Assembly (NCBI GenBank): GCA_039091535.1
Contig: JAWCLW010000005.1
Coordinates: 1-52,013 of the forward strand
Direction: 5' to 3'
Origin: Candidatus Aenigmatarchaeota archaeon
GTDB lineage: Archaea > Aenigmatarchaeota > Aenigmatarchaeia > GW2011-AR5
Length of the DNA: 52,013 nt
Shown one piece after another: positions 40,601 through 49,975 of the stretch. A program made the translations under genes and the position numbers. A model generated the notes under the pieces. It had not been told where the DNA came from. It searched no databases and was given only the letters and a program-made list of their open reading frames with translations. Every line of letters starts with the position of its first letter. Position 1 is the first letter of the stretch.

Positions 40601-40722
40601 TGAATAGAGAATCTGAACGGATATTAGAGGATGAATATAAAATAAGGAGGATTGCAACAGAATTTGGAATTCCTGTAATTACAAATATAGAACTTGCTGA
40701 AATACTTGCAAACATATTATGA
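37609..40722 (+). CDS. carB: Carbamoyl-phosphate synthase large subunit
   Basis: GEAGEFDYSG, EVNPRLSRSS, RPSYVLSG, ECNLRASR, C-terminal MGS domain. Confidence 0.97.
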   Translation: MPNKIRKIMIIGSGAIKIGEAGEFDYSGAQAIKALKEEKIETILINPNIATIQTDTNFANKVYFIPINVDFVEDVIAKERPDGILLGFGGQTALNCGVDLYEHGILEKYGIRVLGTSIESIRTAENRELFRKLMLDNNIPIPKSDKANSIEEAIEIAEKIGYPVMIRVSYTLGGQGTGVAYNKNELIKIASRGLVQSKIKQILIEEYLGGWKEIEYEVMRDCKDNCIIVCNMENFDPLGIHTGDSIVVAPSQTLNNKEYNILRTMSINIIKALGIVGECNIQYAIKEDEIRVIEVNPRLSRSSALASKATGYPIAYIATKLALGYTLPELINKLTGVTKTFFEPSLDYIVVKIPRWDFQKFKRIERRIGTQMKSIGEVMAIGRCFEEALQKAIRMLDIGRELTDEIDGDKEKIISELKNPTDLRIFYIVKALHFMDVDKISEITNIDKFFLYKIKNIIDLEDEMRNSEFNEIILKKAKKLGFSDKKISECVGKSESEIRKIRKDYGIVPVVKQIDTLAAEWPAITNYLYLTYDEEDDIRKNNKRKIIVLGSGCYRIGSSVEFDWCCVNMALALKKHADEIIMINYNPETVSTDYDVFDKLYFEELTLERILDIIEKEKPIGVVVSVGGQIPNSLALKLDRNGVKLLGTTAENIDKAEDRSKFSILLDNLGIKQPLWSKFEDVNNAKKFANQIGYPVLIRPSYVLSGSAMNIAFDDKELESYIKIATHISKEYPVVISKFITDAKEIEVDGVCDGRHVFLGAIIEHIENAGVHSGDATMSIPPFSVPLEIQEKIKDYAKKIAIALCIKGPFNIQFLLKDNELYVIECNLRASRTMPFVSKTIGINMMKLAAKAMFSSIKDGCGTPKNFGIKAPQFSFTRLTGADPITGVEMVSTGEVACFDESFEKAFLKALMATSFNIPKKDDSILITVGMQKEKIIPISKKLSKKFIIYATEHTAEVLKKNKIKCNVLYKASENKKPNILDYLINGKIKLIISIPSLNRESERILEDEYKIRRIATEFGIPVITNIELAEILANIL

Positions 40723-40860
40723 TCATGACAATAAGCTTATTATACCTTTTATAAGAAGAAACCAACCAACTATCTGTAATGGGAGCCAATTATGTTGTGT
40801 TATCAAAACTATTGCAGCAATAACATCAATCAAACCCATTATTTTTACAAGTATATCCAT
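40723..40860 (-). CDS. Small membrane protein (45 aa)
   Basis: MDILVKIMGLIDVIAAIVLITQHNWLPLQIVGWFLLIKGIISLLS; two hydrophobic segments, SD-like GAGCGGA upstream; below the ORF-track length cut-off. Confidence 0.65.
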   Translation of the reverse strand: MDILVKIMGLIDVIAAIVLITQHNWLPLQIVGWFLLIKGIISLLS

Positions 40861-40942
40861 AATTATCCGCTCAAAAATTTTATTATAAAATCTTTAAAAA
40901 TCAATGGATTCTGAATAAGATTTCAAATAAATTTATGAAATT

Positions 40943-41623
40943 CTAAAAAATAGTTGAAAATTTTCCTATCATTTTTAATCCATTTTCTGTTATTTCAAAC
41001 TCAACCTTTTTGCCTTCTGGTAAGCTTCTGTGCTTCCTAAGCAATGCAATTCTTTGATTTTCTTTATCTAATTTTTTTAATTCGATAAGCGTCTTTGACC
41101 AATATTTTGCAATAGCTCTAGATATCATTTCTATTTTCTCGTCTTTTAAGCTGTAGACTTGGTTTGTTACAAGAATTGGTATTTTGAACTTTCTTGTAAT
41201 TCTTGATAGAATTGAATATTGTGTCGCCAATTGTTTGTTTATTTTTTGAAAATTTTCATTATCAAGTTCAAGTCTATATAAAGCAACAAGTGAATCTATA
41301 ACAATAAGGCCAATATCACTCTTTTTAATAATATTTTCCAAATTTTGCATCTCTTTATGTTGTTCATCCCAAGAATGGACATCCAGAAATATTATATTCT
41401 TAAGATCTTTTTCTGTTCCACCAAGTTGTTTAAATCTCTCAAATGAGAAAGATCCTTCTGTATCCATATAGATAACTTTTTTGTTTTTTACACAGTTTAA
41501 TAATGCTGCAAGTGCTATATTAGTTTTTCCAGATCCTGGTGGTCCATATATGTTTGTGATTGTATCATATTCAAGTCCACCATCAAGAAGCTTATCTATT
41601 GGTGTATTTGTTTGTAGTTTCAT
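40943..41623 (-). CDS. radB: DNA repair and recombination protein RadB
   Basis: GPPGSGKT, DTEG, IDS, TNQV, RadB basic patch KHR; no RadA N-terminal domain. Confidence 0.93.
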   Translation of the reverse strand: MKLQTNTPIDKLLDGGLEYDTITNIYGPPGSGKTNIALAALLNCVKNKKVIYMDTEGSFSFERFKQLGGTEKDLKNIIFLDVHSWDEQHKEMQNLENIIKKSDIGLIVIDSLVALYRLELDNENFQKINKQLATQYSILSRITRKFKIPILVTNQVYSLKDEKIEMISRAIAKYWSKTLIELKKLDKENQRIALLRKHRSLPEGKKVEFEITENGLKMIGKFSTIF

Positions 41624-41770
41624 GATAAGAAGTTAACATATAAACTTTATAGAATTATCGGATCAAAGTTTCAAAGGCATAGCTTTAGCAAATCATGGAA
41701 TATCAATTTTTATGTTATGATAGTCAAATTTTTAGAGTTCTTATATATACTAACCTTTAAATACTTTATG

Positions 41771-41782
41771 GTACTATAGTAC
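41771..41782. promoter_or_regulatory. Perfect palindrome GTACTATAGTAC just downstream of TATA-like TTTAAATA
   Basis: 12-bp palindrome in the promoter of the hypothetical-cdc48 pair. Confidence 0.45.
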
Positions 41783-41812
41783 TCTAAATAAACATTGTAT
41801 AAAGGTGTCTTT

Positions 41813-42163
41813 ATGAGAATTGAGATAAAAAAAAACAATCTTGCAACAGCCATCATAGTTACATTTCACACTAAGACAGAAAGATTTAAATCTGATTATG
41901 AAAGAATAAAATTTTTCAGAGAACTTTATGGATGGAAACAAATTGTACCAAAAAATAATAAAAGATATCTTTACAGAAGAACTGGATTATTGGATGAAAT
42001 ACCGCATGCAAAGATTGCTGACTCTTCTTTTATGGTCGCAGCAAATAACATACAACAAATCATTGATTTTTTTAATGAATGGGAAGATAAGGTTGAATAT
42101 GATATAATGAAGATTATGATGGAAAAACGTGAATTAATGAGAAGAATTGAAAATAATTTATAA
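41813..42163 (+). CDS. Hypothetical protein upstream of cdc48 (possible Cas2/VapD-like ferredoxin fold)
   Basis: ATG 41813 after AGGTG; IIVTF...FFRELYG...KIADSSFMV pattern. Confidence 0.7.
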   Translation: MRIEIKKNNLATAIIVTFHTKTERFKSDYERIKFFRELYGWKQIVPKNNKRYLYRRTGLLDEIPHAKIADSSFMVAANNIQQIIDFFNEWEDKVEYDIMKIMMEKRELMRRIENNL

Positions 42164-42195
42164 TAGTAAAAACAAATAATATGGAGTGTGATATT

Positions 42196-44469
42196 ATGGC
42201 TGAAAATCATGAACTTAAATTAAAGGTGGGGGAGCTTACAGAACGCGGCGATTTCGGTCGTGGTATTGTGAGGATTTCTGCAAAAGATATGAAAAAATTG
42301 AATGTCAATGAAGGAGATATTTTAGAGATAGAAGGGAAGAGAAAAACAGCAGCAATTGCTGTGCGTGCTTATCCTGTTGATGTAGGATTGGATATAATCC
42401 GTATGGATGGTCTTGTACGAAGAAATTGTGGTGCAGGTATTGGAGAGGTTGTTAAAATAAGAAAGGCGGATGTAAAAGAAGCGAGGTCTGTTGTCATCGC
42501 ACCTGCTAGAAAAGGGATAATAATTCATATGGGAAGTAATATTATGAAACAAAATCTTTTAATGAGACCAGTTGTTACAGGAGATATAATAATACCAAAT
42601 CCTGTTGTGCAAGATAAAAGAACACAAACAACTTTATTTGAACAATTTTTTGGTATAGATTTTGGAGATTTTATGTTTATGCCTTTTGGAGAGGAAAAAT
42701 TTGTTGTTGTAAGCACAGATCCAAAAGGTATAGTGAGAATTACAAGGGCAACAGATGTGGAACTTTTACCGCAAGCAACAAAGCCATTAGAGGAAGAAAA
42801 GATACCTGAGGTTACATACGAAGATTTAGGAGGATTGCACGAAGAGATTAAAAAAGTAAGGGAAATGATCGAATTACCTTTAAAGCATCCAGAATTGTTT
42901 GAGCGTCTTGGAATTGAACCACCAAAAGGAATCTTATTACATGGTCCACCTGGTACAGGAAAAACATTGCTTGCAAAAGCTGTTGCAAATGAATCAGGTG
43001 CTAGGTTCTTTTTAATAAATGGACCTGAAATAATGTCAAAATTTTATGGAGAAAGCGAAGAAAATCTTCGTAAAATATTTGACCAGGCCGAGAAAAATGC
43101 ACCAAGTGTAATTTTCATAGATGAGATAGATGCTATTGCACCAAAAAGAGAAGAAGTCCGCGGTGAGGTTGAGAAAAGAGTCGTCTCGCAACTTTTAACA
43201 TTAATGGATGGATTAAAATCACGTGGAAAAATAGTTGTTATAGGTGCAACAAATATACCAAACTCTATTGACCCAGCATTAAGAAGACCAGGTCGTTTTG
43301 ATCGAGAGATAGAATTAGGTGTTCCAAACAGAGATGGTAGAAAAGAGATTTTGGAAATTCATACACGTGGTATGCCATTAGGAAAAGATGTGGATTTAGA
43401 TAAAATTGCAGATATAACACATGGATATGTTGGTGCAGATATAGCTGCGTTATGCAAAGAGGCAGCTATGCATGCACTTCGTCGTGTGTTACCGGATATT
43501 GGAGAAATTAAAGAAGATAAACCAATACCACAAGATATCCTAAAAAAACTTGTTGTAATAAAAGAAGATTTTGAGCATGCACTTAAGATGGTTGAACCAT
43601 CTGCAATGAGAGAAGTATTAATAGAGATCCCAAACGTAAAATGGGAGGATATAGGTGGATTAGAAAATGTTAAAAATTCTTTGAAAGAGGCGATTGAGTG
43701 GCCATTGAAGTATCCAGATTCATTTAAAAGATTAGGTATAAAACCACCTACTGGTGTTTTACTTTATGGCCCACCAGGCTGTGGAAAAACATTGCTTGCA
43801 AAAGCTGTTGCAAATGAATCAGGTGCTAATTTTATTTCTGTAAAAGGGCCTGAATTACTCAGTATGTATGTTGGTGAATCAGAAAAACATGTTAGAGATG
43901 TTTTTCGTCGTGCAAAGCAGGTCGCACCGTCAATAATATTTTTTGACGAAATAGATGCGTTAGTTCCTAGAAGAGGATATGGATTTGACTCACATGTTAC
44001 TGAACGTGTTGTTTCTCAATTACTTGCAGAGATATCAGGATTAGAGGAACTAAAAGGTGTTGTAGTTATTGCGGCAACAAATCGACCAGATATTATTGAT
44101 CCGGCATTACTTAGACCGGGTAGATTTGATAGACAGATTCTCGTTCCAACACCAGATGAAGAAACAAGATTGGAAATATTGAAGGTTCATACAAGGAACA
44201 TACCCCTTGGGAAGGATGTTGACATAAAGAAACTTGCAAAAGAAACAACTGGATTTTCAGGAGCAGATCTGGAAGCATTATGTAGAGAGGCAGCCATGAA
44301 CGCAATGCGAAGGGATATTAAATCAACAGAGGTCACAAAATCAGATTTTGATAAGGCAATGAAAGAAATAAAACCATCTGTAAGTGAGGAGATGAACAAA
44401 TTCTATGAAAGTGTATTAAAGAAGAGGAAGTCACAAGCCATAGAAGAAGAGACAAATTACACAGGTTAA
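42196..44469 (+). CDS. cdc48: CDC48/VCP AAA+ ATPase
   Basis: Two AAA domains ([16 protein letters not shown]; DEID; RPGRFDR); C-terminal YTG. Confidence 0.97.
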   Translation: MAENHELKLKVGELTERGDFGRGIVRISAKDMKKLNVNEGDILEIEGKRKTAAIAVRAYPVDVGLDIIRMDGLVRRNCGAGIGEVVKIRKADVKEARSVVIAPARKGIIIHMGSNIMKQNLLMRPVVTGDIIIPNPVVQDKRTQTTLFEQFFGIDFGDFMFMPFGEEKFVVVSTDPKGIVRITRATDVELLPQATKPLEEEKIPEVTYEDLGGLHEEIKKVREMIELPLKHPELFERLGIEPPKGILLHGPPGTGKTLLAKAVANESGARFFLINGPEIMSKFYGESEENLRKIFDQAEKNAPSVIFIDEIDAIAPKREEVRGEVEKRVVSQLLTLMDGLKSRGKIVVIGATNIPNSIDPALRRPGRFDREIELGVPNRDGRKEILEIHTRGMPLGKDVDLDKIADITHGYVGADIAALCKEAAMHALRRVLPDIGEIKEDKPIPQDILKKLVVIKEDFEHALKMVEPSAMREVLIEIPNVKWEDIGGLENVKNSLKEAIEWPLKYPDSFKRLGIKPPTGVLLYGPPGCGKTLLAKAVANESGANFISVKGPELLSMYVGESEKHVRDVFRRAKQVAPSIIFFDEIDALVPRRGYGFDSHVTERVVSQLLAEISGLEELKGVVVIAATNRPDIIDPALLRPGRFDRQILVPTPDEETRLEILKVHTRNIPLGKDVDIKKLAKETTGFSGADLEALCREAAMNAMRRDIKSTEVTKSDFDKAMKEIKPSVSEEMNKFYESVLKKRKSQAIEEETNYTG
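42958..43828 (+). repeat. Exact 46-bp direct repeat inside cdc48 (42958-43003 and 43783-43828)
   Basis: GGAAAAACATTGCTTGCAAAAGCTGTTGCAAATGAATCAGGTGCTA occurs at both Walker A motifs. Confidence 0.9.
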
Positions 44470-45002
44470 TCCTTGTGATATTTTTCCCAAACATCAACAA
44501 ATTTTACAAAATTATCTATTATTTTAAAACCATCAGCACCTAATTCTGGATTAAAGTGAACACCGAAGAGTGGCTTCTCAGCATCTTGTATGATTTCAAA
44601 ATCGTAACTTTTTGAAGAACCTATAACATCAAAATTTTCTGGTATATCTTCAAAAATGCTTTTGCATGTCTTTATCACATTTATATTTTTTTTCATGTCA
44701 AGAACAATTGGGCATGGTCTTTCTATAATAATTTTTTCTTGTTTTGATATTTTTCCATCCTTATATTTTGCTCCAAAACATGCACCAAGAAAAATATAAC
44801 CTACACCTATTGCAAGTAATGGTTTATTAATTTTTTTTATAATATCAATATTAAATTTCTGATTTTTTAATTCACCATCAGATAAAATATAGCCAGATGC
44901 CTTTATAGATCCAGCTTCTTCTGGCTTTACAATCTTTTTTGGCATCCTAACAACTCGAGAAATATTTTCAGCACCACTTCCATTATCAACAATTACTAAC
45001 AT
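44466..45002 (-). CDS. Class I glutamine amidotransferase-like protein (GMP synthase subunit A-like), catalytic residues lost
   Basis: [18 protein letters not shown] (no Cys), FGVHFNPE (His replaced by Asn). Confidence 0.75.
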   Translation of the reverse strand: MLVIVDNGSGAENISRVVRMPKKIVKPEEAGSIKASGYILSDGELKNQKFNIDIIKKINKPLLAIGVGYIFLGACFGAKYKDGKISKQEKIIIERPCPIVLDMKKNINVIKTCKSIFEDIPENFDVIGSSKSYDFEIIQDAEKPLFGVHFNPELGADGFKIIDNFVKFVDVWEKYHKD

Positions 45003-45068
45003 TTTGGGCACCAATTAATTATTTTTATAATGTTAAACTTTTTTAAGTTGTCTGTTAAATTAAAAATT

Positions 45069-45980
45069 TCATTTTGTTGTCACAATTGGCTCATCTTTTA
45101 CAATAATTGTATGCTCTGATTGACTTACCAACCCAAATTTAGCATCCTTCAATACAGGATAATCGTATATTATTCCACGTTCTCGCAATTCTTTCAATGC
45201 TATCCTTATTTTAAATAAAGAATCTGGTATCCCAAATGATTTTGCCTCATTTGTCATCAACCATCTTTCTGTAAATGGAAGACCATTATATTGTTCAGCA
45301 AAATCAACTATCTTTCTTGCATCAAAATTTCTTACAGGTAATTTATTTACTAGCATAAATATGAAAACATCACCTGATTCCTTTACTAAACCAGCACCAT
45401 TTGTGGCAAAAGGTTCTATAGCAATAATCTGATTTTCTTTTAATCTATAATTACTTGAAAATTTTACATTCAGTATTTGAGGCTCAGCATGTAGATTATA
45501 TCGCTCTAGACCATGACCTGTAAGATTTGATATAGGCTTGAAACCAAATGATTTTATAGTTTCCTCTATTGTTGTTGATATATTACTGAGCAATGTACCA
45601 GGCTTACATAACTCTATAGCATTTTTTAATGCTTCTTCACTTGCCCTAATTAAATCATTATATTTATCATCAAATGCAATTGTAAAAGCCGTATCACCAA
45701 TATATCCATCAACATGGACACCAATATCAATTTTAATAACGTCACTTTCTTTTATTGTTTTTTCATCAATATTTGTTGGTGTGTAATGTGCAGCGATATC
45801 ATTTATAGAAATATTAACTGGAAATGCCGGTAAACCACCTTTTTCTTTTATTAATGTTTCTATTTTCTCAGCTAACTTGAGCAATTTAATACCAGGTTCT
45901 ACTATTTTTTTACTTTCTTCTCTTACTTCAGATGCTATCTTACCTGCTAATAGATATTTCTGAAGGATTTCTTCTTCCAT
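45069..45980 (-). CDS. map: Methionine aminopeptidase type II
   Basis: AAHYTP, DIGVHVDGYIGD, LTGH, AIEPF, QSEHT. Confidence 0.96.
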   Translation of the reverse strand: MEEEILQKYLLAGKIASEVREESKKIVEPGIKLLKLAEKIETLIKEKGGLPAFPVNISINDIAAHYTPTNIDEKTIKESDVIKIDIGVHVDGYIGDTAFTIAFDDKYNDLIRASEEALKNAIELCKPGTLLSNISTTIEETIKSFGFKPISNLTGHGLERYNLHAEPQILNVKFSSNYRLKENQIIAIEPFATNGAGLVKESGDVFIFMLVNKLPVRNFDARKIVDFAEQYNGLPFTERWLMTNEAKSFGIPDSLFKIRIALKELRERGIIYDYPVLKDAKFGLVSQSEHTIIVKDEPIVTTK

Positions 45981-46034
45981 TAAAAATTTAATTCTAAAAC
46001 AAGTTTAAATTCTTTAAAATATTAGAATAAAATT

Positions 46035-46440
46035 GTGATTACATGCGTTGATCTTAAGAAGGACACTGCAAAATTTGTTTACTAATTTGCAAGAGATAAA
46101 AATTTAAAACCTGATTATTTTTTGGCATACCAGATGGAGCAACGTGTTGTATAAGATAATACAATAACAGGTACAAGTGCTTTGAAACAATATAGAAATA
46201 CTAAAAGATTTTGAAATTAAAATATATGGACTTATAGCTGTTATAAATAGATGTAAGATTTTTAGTGAAAATGAGAGAAGACAATTCTCTGATATTCTAA
46301 AAGATAGATACAACATTGATTATTTTTCTTTAATTGATGTGAGTGTATTGCTCCAGAAAGTTATAAGAAAATATAAACCAAATGATCACACAATAAAATG
46401 TATAGAAATTACTTTAGAAAGTATTGTACTATTGATATAA
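46035..46440 (+). pseudogene. Orotate phosphoribosyltransferase-like (PRTase) remnant
   Basis: PDYF/GIPDGAT, PRPP loop VV*DNTITGTSA with TAA (46152-46154) at the Glu position, then GLIAVINR; stops, frameshifts and an internal deletion. Confidence 0.6.
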
Positions 46441-46456
46441 TTCTGAACTAAATTTG

Positions 46457-49258
46457 CTATTTCCAATATGGTTTTGTTCTCAAAAATTCTTTTTCAGCTG
46501 CAAAAATATCTTTTAATAATTTTTCTTTTGTTGGATGCAAGCATGATAAAATGCGTGCTGCTGTTTGGGGTCCAATGCCATGACCTGCCATAACCAATGC
46601 TGCACGCTTTCCATATACAATTGTTAGGTCGGCCGATCTTCTTATTGATTGAAATTCTTTTATTTCATCTTTTGTTAATTCTTTTTTCTTTAATTTTTTC
46701 TTTACAATATTAACAGCATTTATTTGACTTTTTCTAAGAATTGCTATCAATCTTGATGAACATTTTGGGCATTCTGGCTGTTCTTCTATTTCACGAACGG
46801 GCTTTATGATATTGTATTCTCCACAATTGACACATAGCAATCTTACACGTGTTGATAGAAGTCTTCTCTTGAAAGCTTCAAATATCTCTTTTTCAGGCAT
46901 CTTTGGCTTCAAAACTTCTGAGAATTGTTGCGTTAGACCAAGTTCACCAAGAATGCTTAATCCTTCTTGTATCTTTATTTTTATGTTACCACTTCTTATT
47001 TTTTCTATTATTTCTTTTGATTTTTCTATGTCCATTTTTTCAAGAAATATTTCTCGGAGTGTTTCTTTGTATGCCGGTGTTCCTGTATAAATTGAAATTA
47101 TTTTATTTATGTTAATTTTATCGTATTGTGCTGACTTTGATATTATTCCAAATCTTTTTGCAACCTGTATAAATCTATGTTTGAATAATGTTGATCTCTC
47201 CAAAGATGTTGTTAATACATCTTCCAAATTTTTAGCATTTTCTAATATTTTTTTTATTTCTTCTGGCTTTGCAACTGTTTGTATCATTATTCTGTATGGA
47301 TCTGTTTTAATATTCACAGCAACACCTGTTTCTGCTGTAATACATGCTGCAATATATTTTCCAATTGTATCATTGACAAGTGAACCACAACAAGAATGTA
47401 AAATTATAAAGTCTTTGTAATTCTCTATTAGAAATGTTTTATCATCTGGGACAATATGTCTATCTTTTTGCTTTTTTATTATTTCTATCATACCTTTTGC
47501 TGAATTAGTATCTATGTTATATTTTTCTTTTAATTTTTGAATAATATTTTTATCATCAATATTTTCTGATATAAATCTTCTTAATCTTCCAACATATTGC
47601 GCAATATCAAAAGGAACAGGTATAAGTTCTCCTTCCCATGCTGGTATTGCAGATTCTATGTCCTCTATTGGCTCTACCATTACTTTATTACCTATAATCT
47701 GTATTATTCGCCAAGCACGACCTGAACATATAAATTTATTTCCAATCATTCCATGTTCTGCTATAAATTCTTCATCTAAATTACCAATTGGCTCATTTTC
47801 AATAACCGATATTATCTTATATTGTTTTGTGTCTGGTATTGTTGAAAGATTTTCAAAATAATATTTCCATGATTTTTTACCTCTTTTAATCTCATAAAAA
47901 TCATTTTTTTGATTAAGCCATATTAGATGAAGACTTTCCAAAAATTTCAAAATTTCTATAAATTCGTTTTTTTCTAAATTATGATATGGGTATGCATTTT
48001 TGATTATGCTATAAATTTTATTACTATTTATTTCATATTCTTCTAACGATAAGCCAATTATTTGCATTGCAAGAACATCTAACGCAGTTTCATGTATTTT
48101 TATTGGCTCTAATAATCTATCAATAGCACATCTAGCTATTATAGATGATTCGAACAAATCTTCATCGCCTGACAGTATAATACCTTTGCTTATTTCACCA
48201 ACTCTATGACCACCTCGACCAACACGCTGTATAAGCTTTGTAACTTGACGTGGTGATAGATATTGGATAACTAAATCTATTGAGCCTATATCTATACCAA
48301 GTTCCAAACTGCTTGTTGCTATCAGAGATTTCAAGTCTTGTAATTTAAATTTTTGCTCACTTCTTATTCTTCTTTCTTTTGACAATGAACCATGATGCAC
48401 ATCTTGTTTAAGTTCTTTATCGAGTTGTCTTAGTCTGGAAGAAAGAACTTCTGCTGTCTCTCTAGTATTTGTAAATACAAGGACACTTTTATGAGATTGT
48501 ATAAGTTCATATAATTTTCTAAGTCTTGCAGTTGTTTCTACTCCTATAAATAAATCATCAGCAATAGTTTTATCATGTATTGTTGGCTGAGGAAATTCTA
48601 TCCTGATATCATACTTTTTTTCTGTTTCTGCATGAATAATTTTTACATTATTACCAAGAAAATTAGCAACTAGTTCTGGAGAACCAATTGTTGCAGACAA
48701 ACCAATTCTTTGAAAATCACCAGCAATCTCTTTCAATCTTTCAAGCAAAACAGAAAGCTGAACACCACGCTTACTTTCGATAAGTTCATGTATTTCGTCA
48801 ATAATAACATATTTTATATTTTTCAGATGCTCTCTCATTTTTTTTCCAGGTAAAATTGCGCCAAGCGTTTCAGGCGTAGTAATCAAAACATGTGGTGGTA
48901 ATTCACGTTGCACATTCCTTTCTTTTTGGCTTGTGTCACCATGTCTAACACTTATATCTAAATCTAATTTGTCAGCCCACCAACATAATCTGTCGAGTAA
49001 ATCTCTATTGAGGCTACGTAATGGTGTAATATAAAGTAAAGATATAGGTTTATTTTTCTCAATAAAAATTTTATCAAATAATGCTAAGATGCTTGCTTCT
49101 GTTTTTCCGACACCAGTAGGTGCTATAATCAAAACATTTTTTCCAGCAATTATCTCAGGTATCCCAAGCTTTTGTGGTAGTGTTGGCTCTAAGAATCCCT
49201 TTTGTTTTATTAGTTCCTGTAATCTTTCAGAAAATAAATTGAATACCATATCAATCAT
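46457..49258 (-). CDS. lhr: Lhr-family ATP-dependent helicase
   Basis: APTGVGKT, TTPE, DEIH, SAT, HHGSLS, LELGIDIG, QRVGR; C-terminal CxxC...CxxC. Confidence 0.93.
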   Translation of the reverse strand: MIDMVFNLFSERLQELIKQKGFLEPTLPQKLGIPEIIAGKNVLIIAPTGVGKTEASILALFDKIFIEKNKPISLLYITPLRSLNRDLLDRLCWWADKLDLDISVRHGDTSQKERNVQRELPPHVLITTPETLGAILPGKKMREHLKNIKYVIIDEIHELIESKRGVQLSVLLERLKEIAGDFQRIGLSATIGSPELVANFLGNNVKIIHAETEKKYDIRIEFPQPTIHDKTIADDLFIGVETTARLRKLYELIQSHKSVLVFTNTRETAEVLSSRLRQLDKELKQDVHHGSLSKERRIRSEQKFKLQDLKSLIATSSLELGIDIGSIDLVIQYLSPRQVTKLIQRVGRGGHRVGEISKGIILSGDEDLFESSIIARCAIDRLLEPIKIHETALDVLAMQIIGLSLEEYEINSNKIYSIIKNAYPYHNLEKNEFIEILKFLESLHLIWLNQKNDFYEIKRGKKSWKYYFENLSTIPDTKQYKIISVIENEPIGNLDEEFIAEHGMIGNKFICSGRAWRIIQIIGNKVMVEPIEDIESAIPAWEGELIPVPFDIAQYVGRLRRFISENIDDKNIIQKLKEKYNIDTNSAKGMIEIIKKQKDRHIVPDDKTFLIENYKDFIILHSCCGSLVNDTIGKYIAACITAETGVAVNIKTDPYRIMIQTVAKPEEIKKILENAKNLEDVLTTSLERSTLFKHRFIQVAKRFGIISKSAQYDKININKIISIYTGTPAYKETLREIFLEKMDIEKSKEIIEKIRSGNIKIKIQEGLSILGELGLTQQFSEVLKPKMPEKEIFEAFKRRLLSTRVRLLCVNCGEYNIIKPVREIEEQPECPKCSSRLIAILRKSQINAVNIVKKKLKKKELTKDEIKEFQSIRRSADLTIVYGKRAALVMAGHGIGPQTAARILSCLHPTKEKLLKDIFAAEKEFLRTKPYWK

Positions 49259-49268
49259 TTAAAATTTA

Positions 49269-49952
49269 TCAATCCGTTATCTCTAAATCATTCAATGTTC
49301 CAAGATCTGTACCATCCAACAAATATACATGTGATTTCTTTTTTATCAATTTTTTTGCTATTGGTCCTAAAAGTTCATCTCTATTAACAATTGTTGCCCC
49401 ACAGAGTTCATTGAATGCTGGCATTATTATTAGTTTCTTTTTATCTTTTGTTAAACCACGTATCCATACTGGTTCTATATATACTGCTCCGATGTCATCT
49501 TTAAATTTTATATGTGGTTGATTATGGCCTATGATAATTATTTTATTTGTTTTTACATTTCTATGACCATGTGTAAGTAAATATTTACCAATAATGAAAG
49601 ATTTCTTCACCTTTATATTTTTATTTATGTTTTTGATAATTTTTTCTATATTACCATCATGGTTTCCTTTTATTATTATAATATCCTTAAAATCTACTAA
49701 TGATAAAAATTCAGGAACTTCTTTTAATTCTTGAAAAGTTATTTTCGGAATTTTATGTTTTATATCTCCAAGAATGATTAATCTTTTTGTATTTGTCATT
49801 ATTTTAAGTTCATTAACTTTTTTTGCCAATGATTTTGTTTGATTTAGTATTTTAACTCCATGTTCATATATGTCTTTTGTTATTCCAATATGTAAATCAG
49901 CAATTATAAGATTATTTCCTATCTTCATTGCCGGATAGTTTTTTACAAACAT
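49269..49952 (-). CDS. Metallophosphoesterase (Lhr-associated MPE-like)
   Basis: ADLHIG, LGD, GNHD, THGH, GH, MPAFN; directly upstream of lhr. Confidence 0.88.
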   Translation of the reverse strand: MFVKNYPAMKIGNNLIIADLHIGITKDIYEHGVKILNQTKSLAKKVNELKIMTNTKRLIILGDIKHKIPKITFQELKEVPEFLSLVDFKDIIIIKGNHDGNIEKIIKNINKNIKVKKSFIIGKYLLTHGHRNVKTNKIIIIGHNQPHIKFKDDIGAVYIEPVWIRGLTKDKKKLIIMPAFNELCGATIVNRDELLGPIAKKLIKKKSHVYLLDGTDLGTLNDLEITD

Positions 49953-49975
49953 AATAGAGATTAGTAATAAAATTC

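Noticed and set aside
40694-40888. Plus-strand 64-aa ORF
   Set aside because: The minus-strand 45-aa membrane ORF has better signals and composition.
46104-46316. Minus-strand 70-aa ORF
   Set aside because: Antisense to the PRTase remnant.
46457-49952. Lhr-metallophosphoesterase pair as a novel system
   Set aside because: Linkage of Lhr with MPE nucleases is already described.
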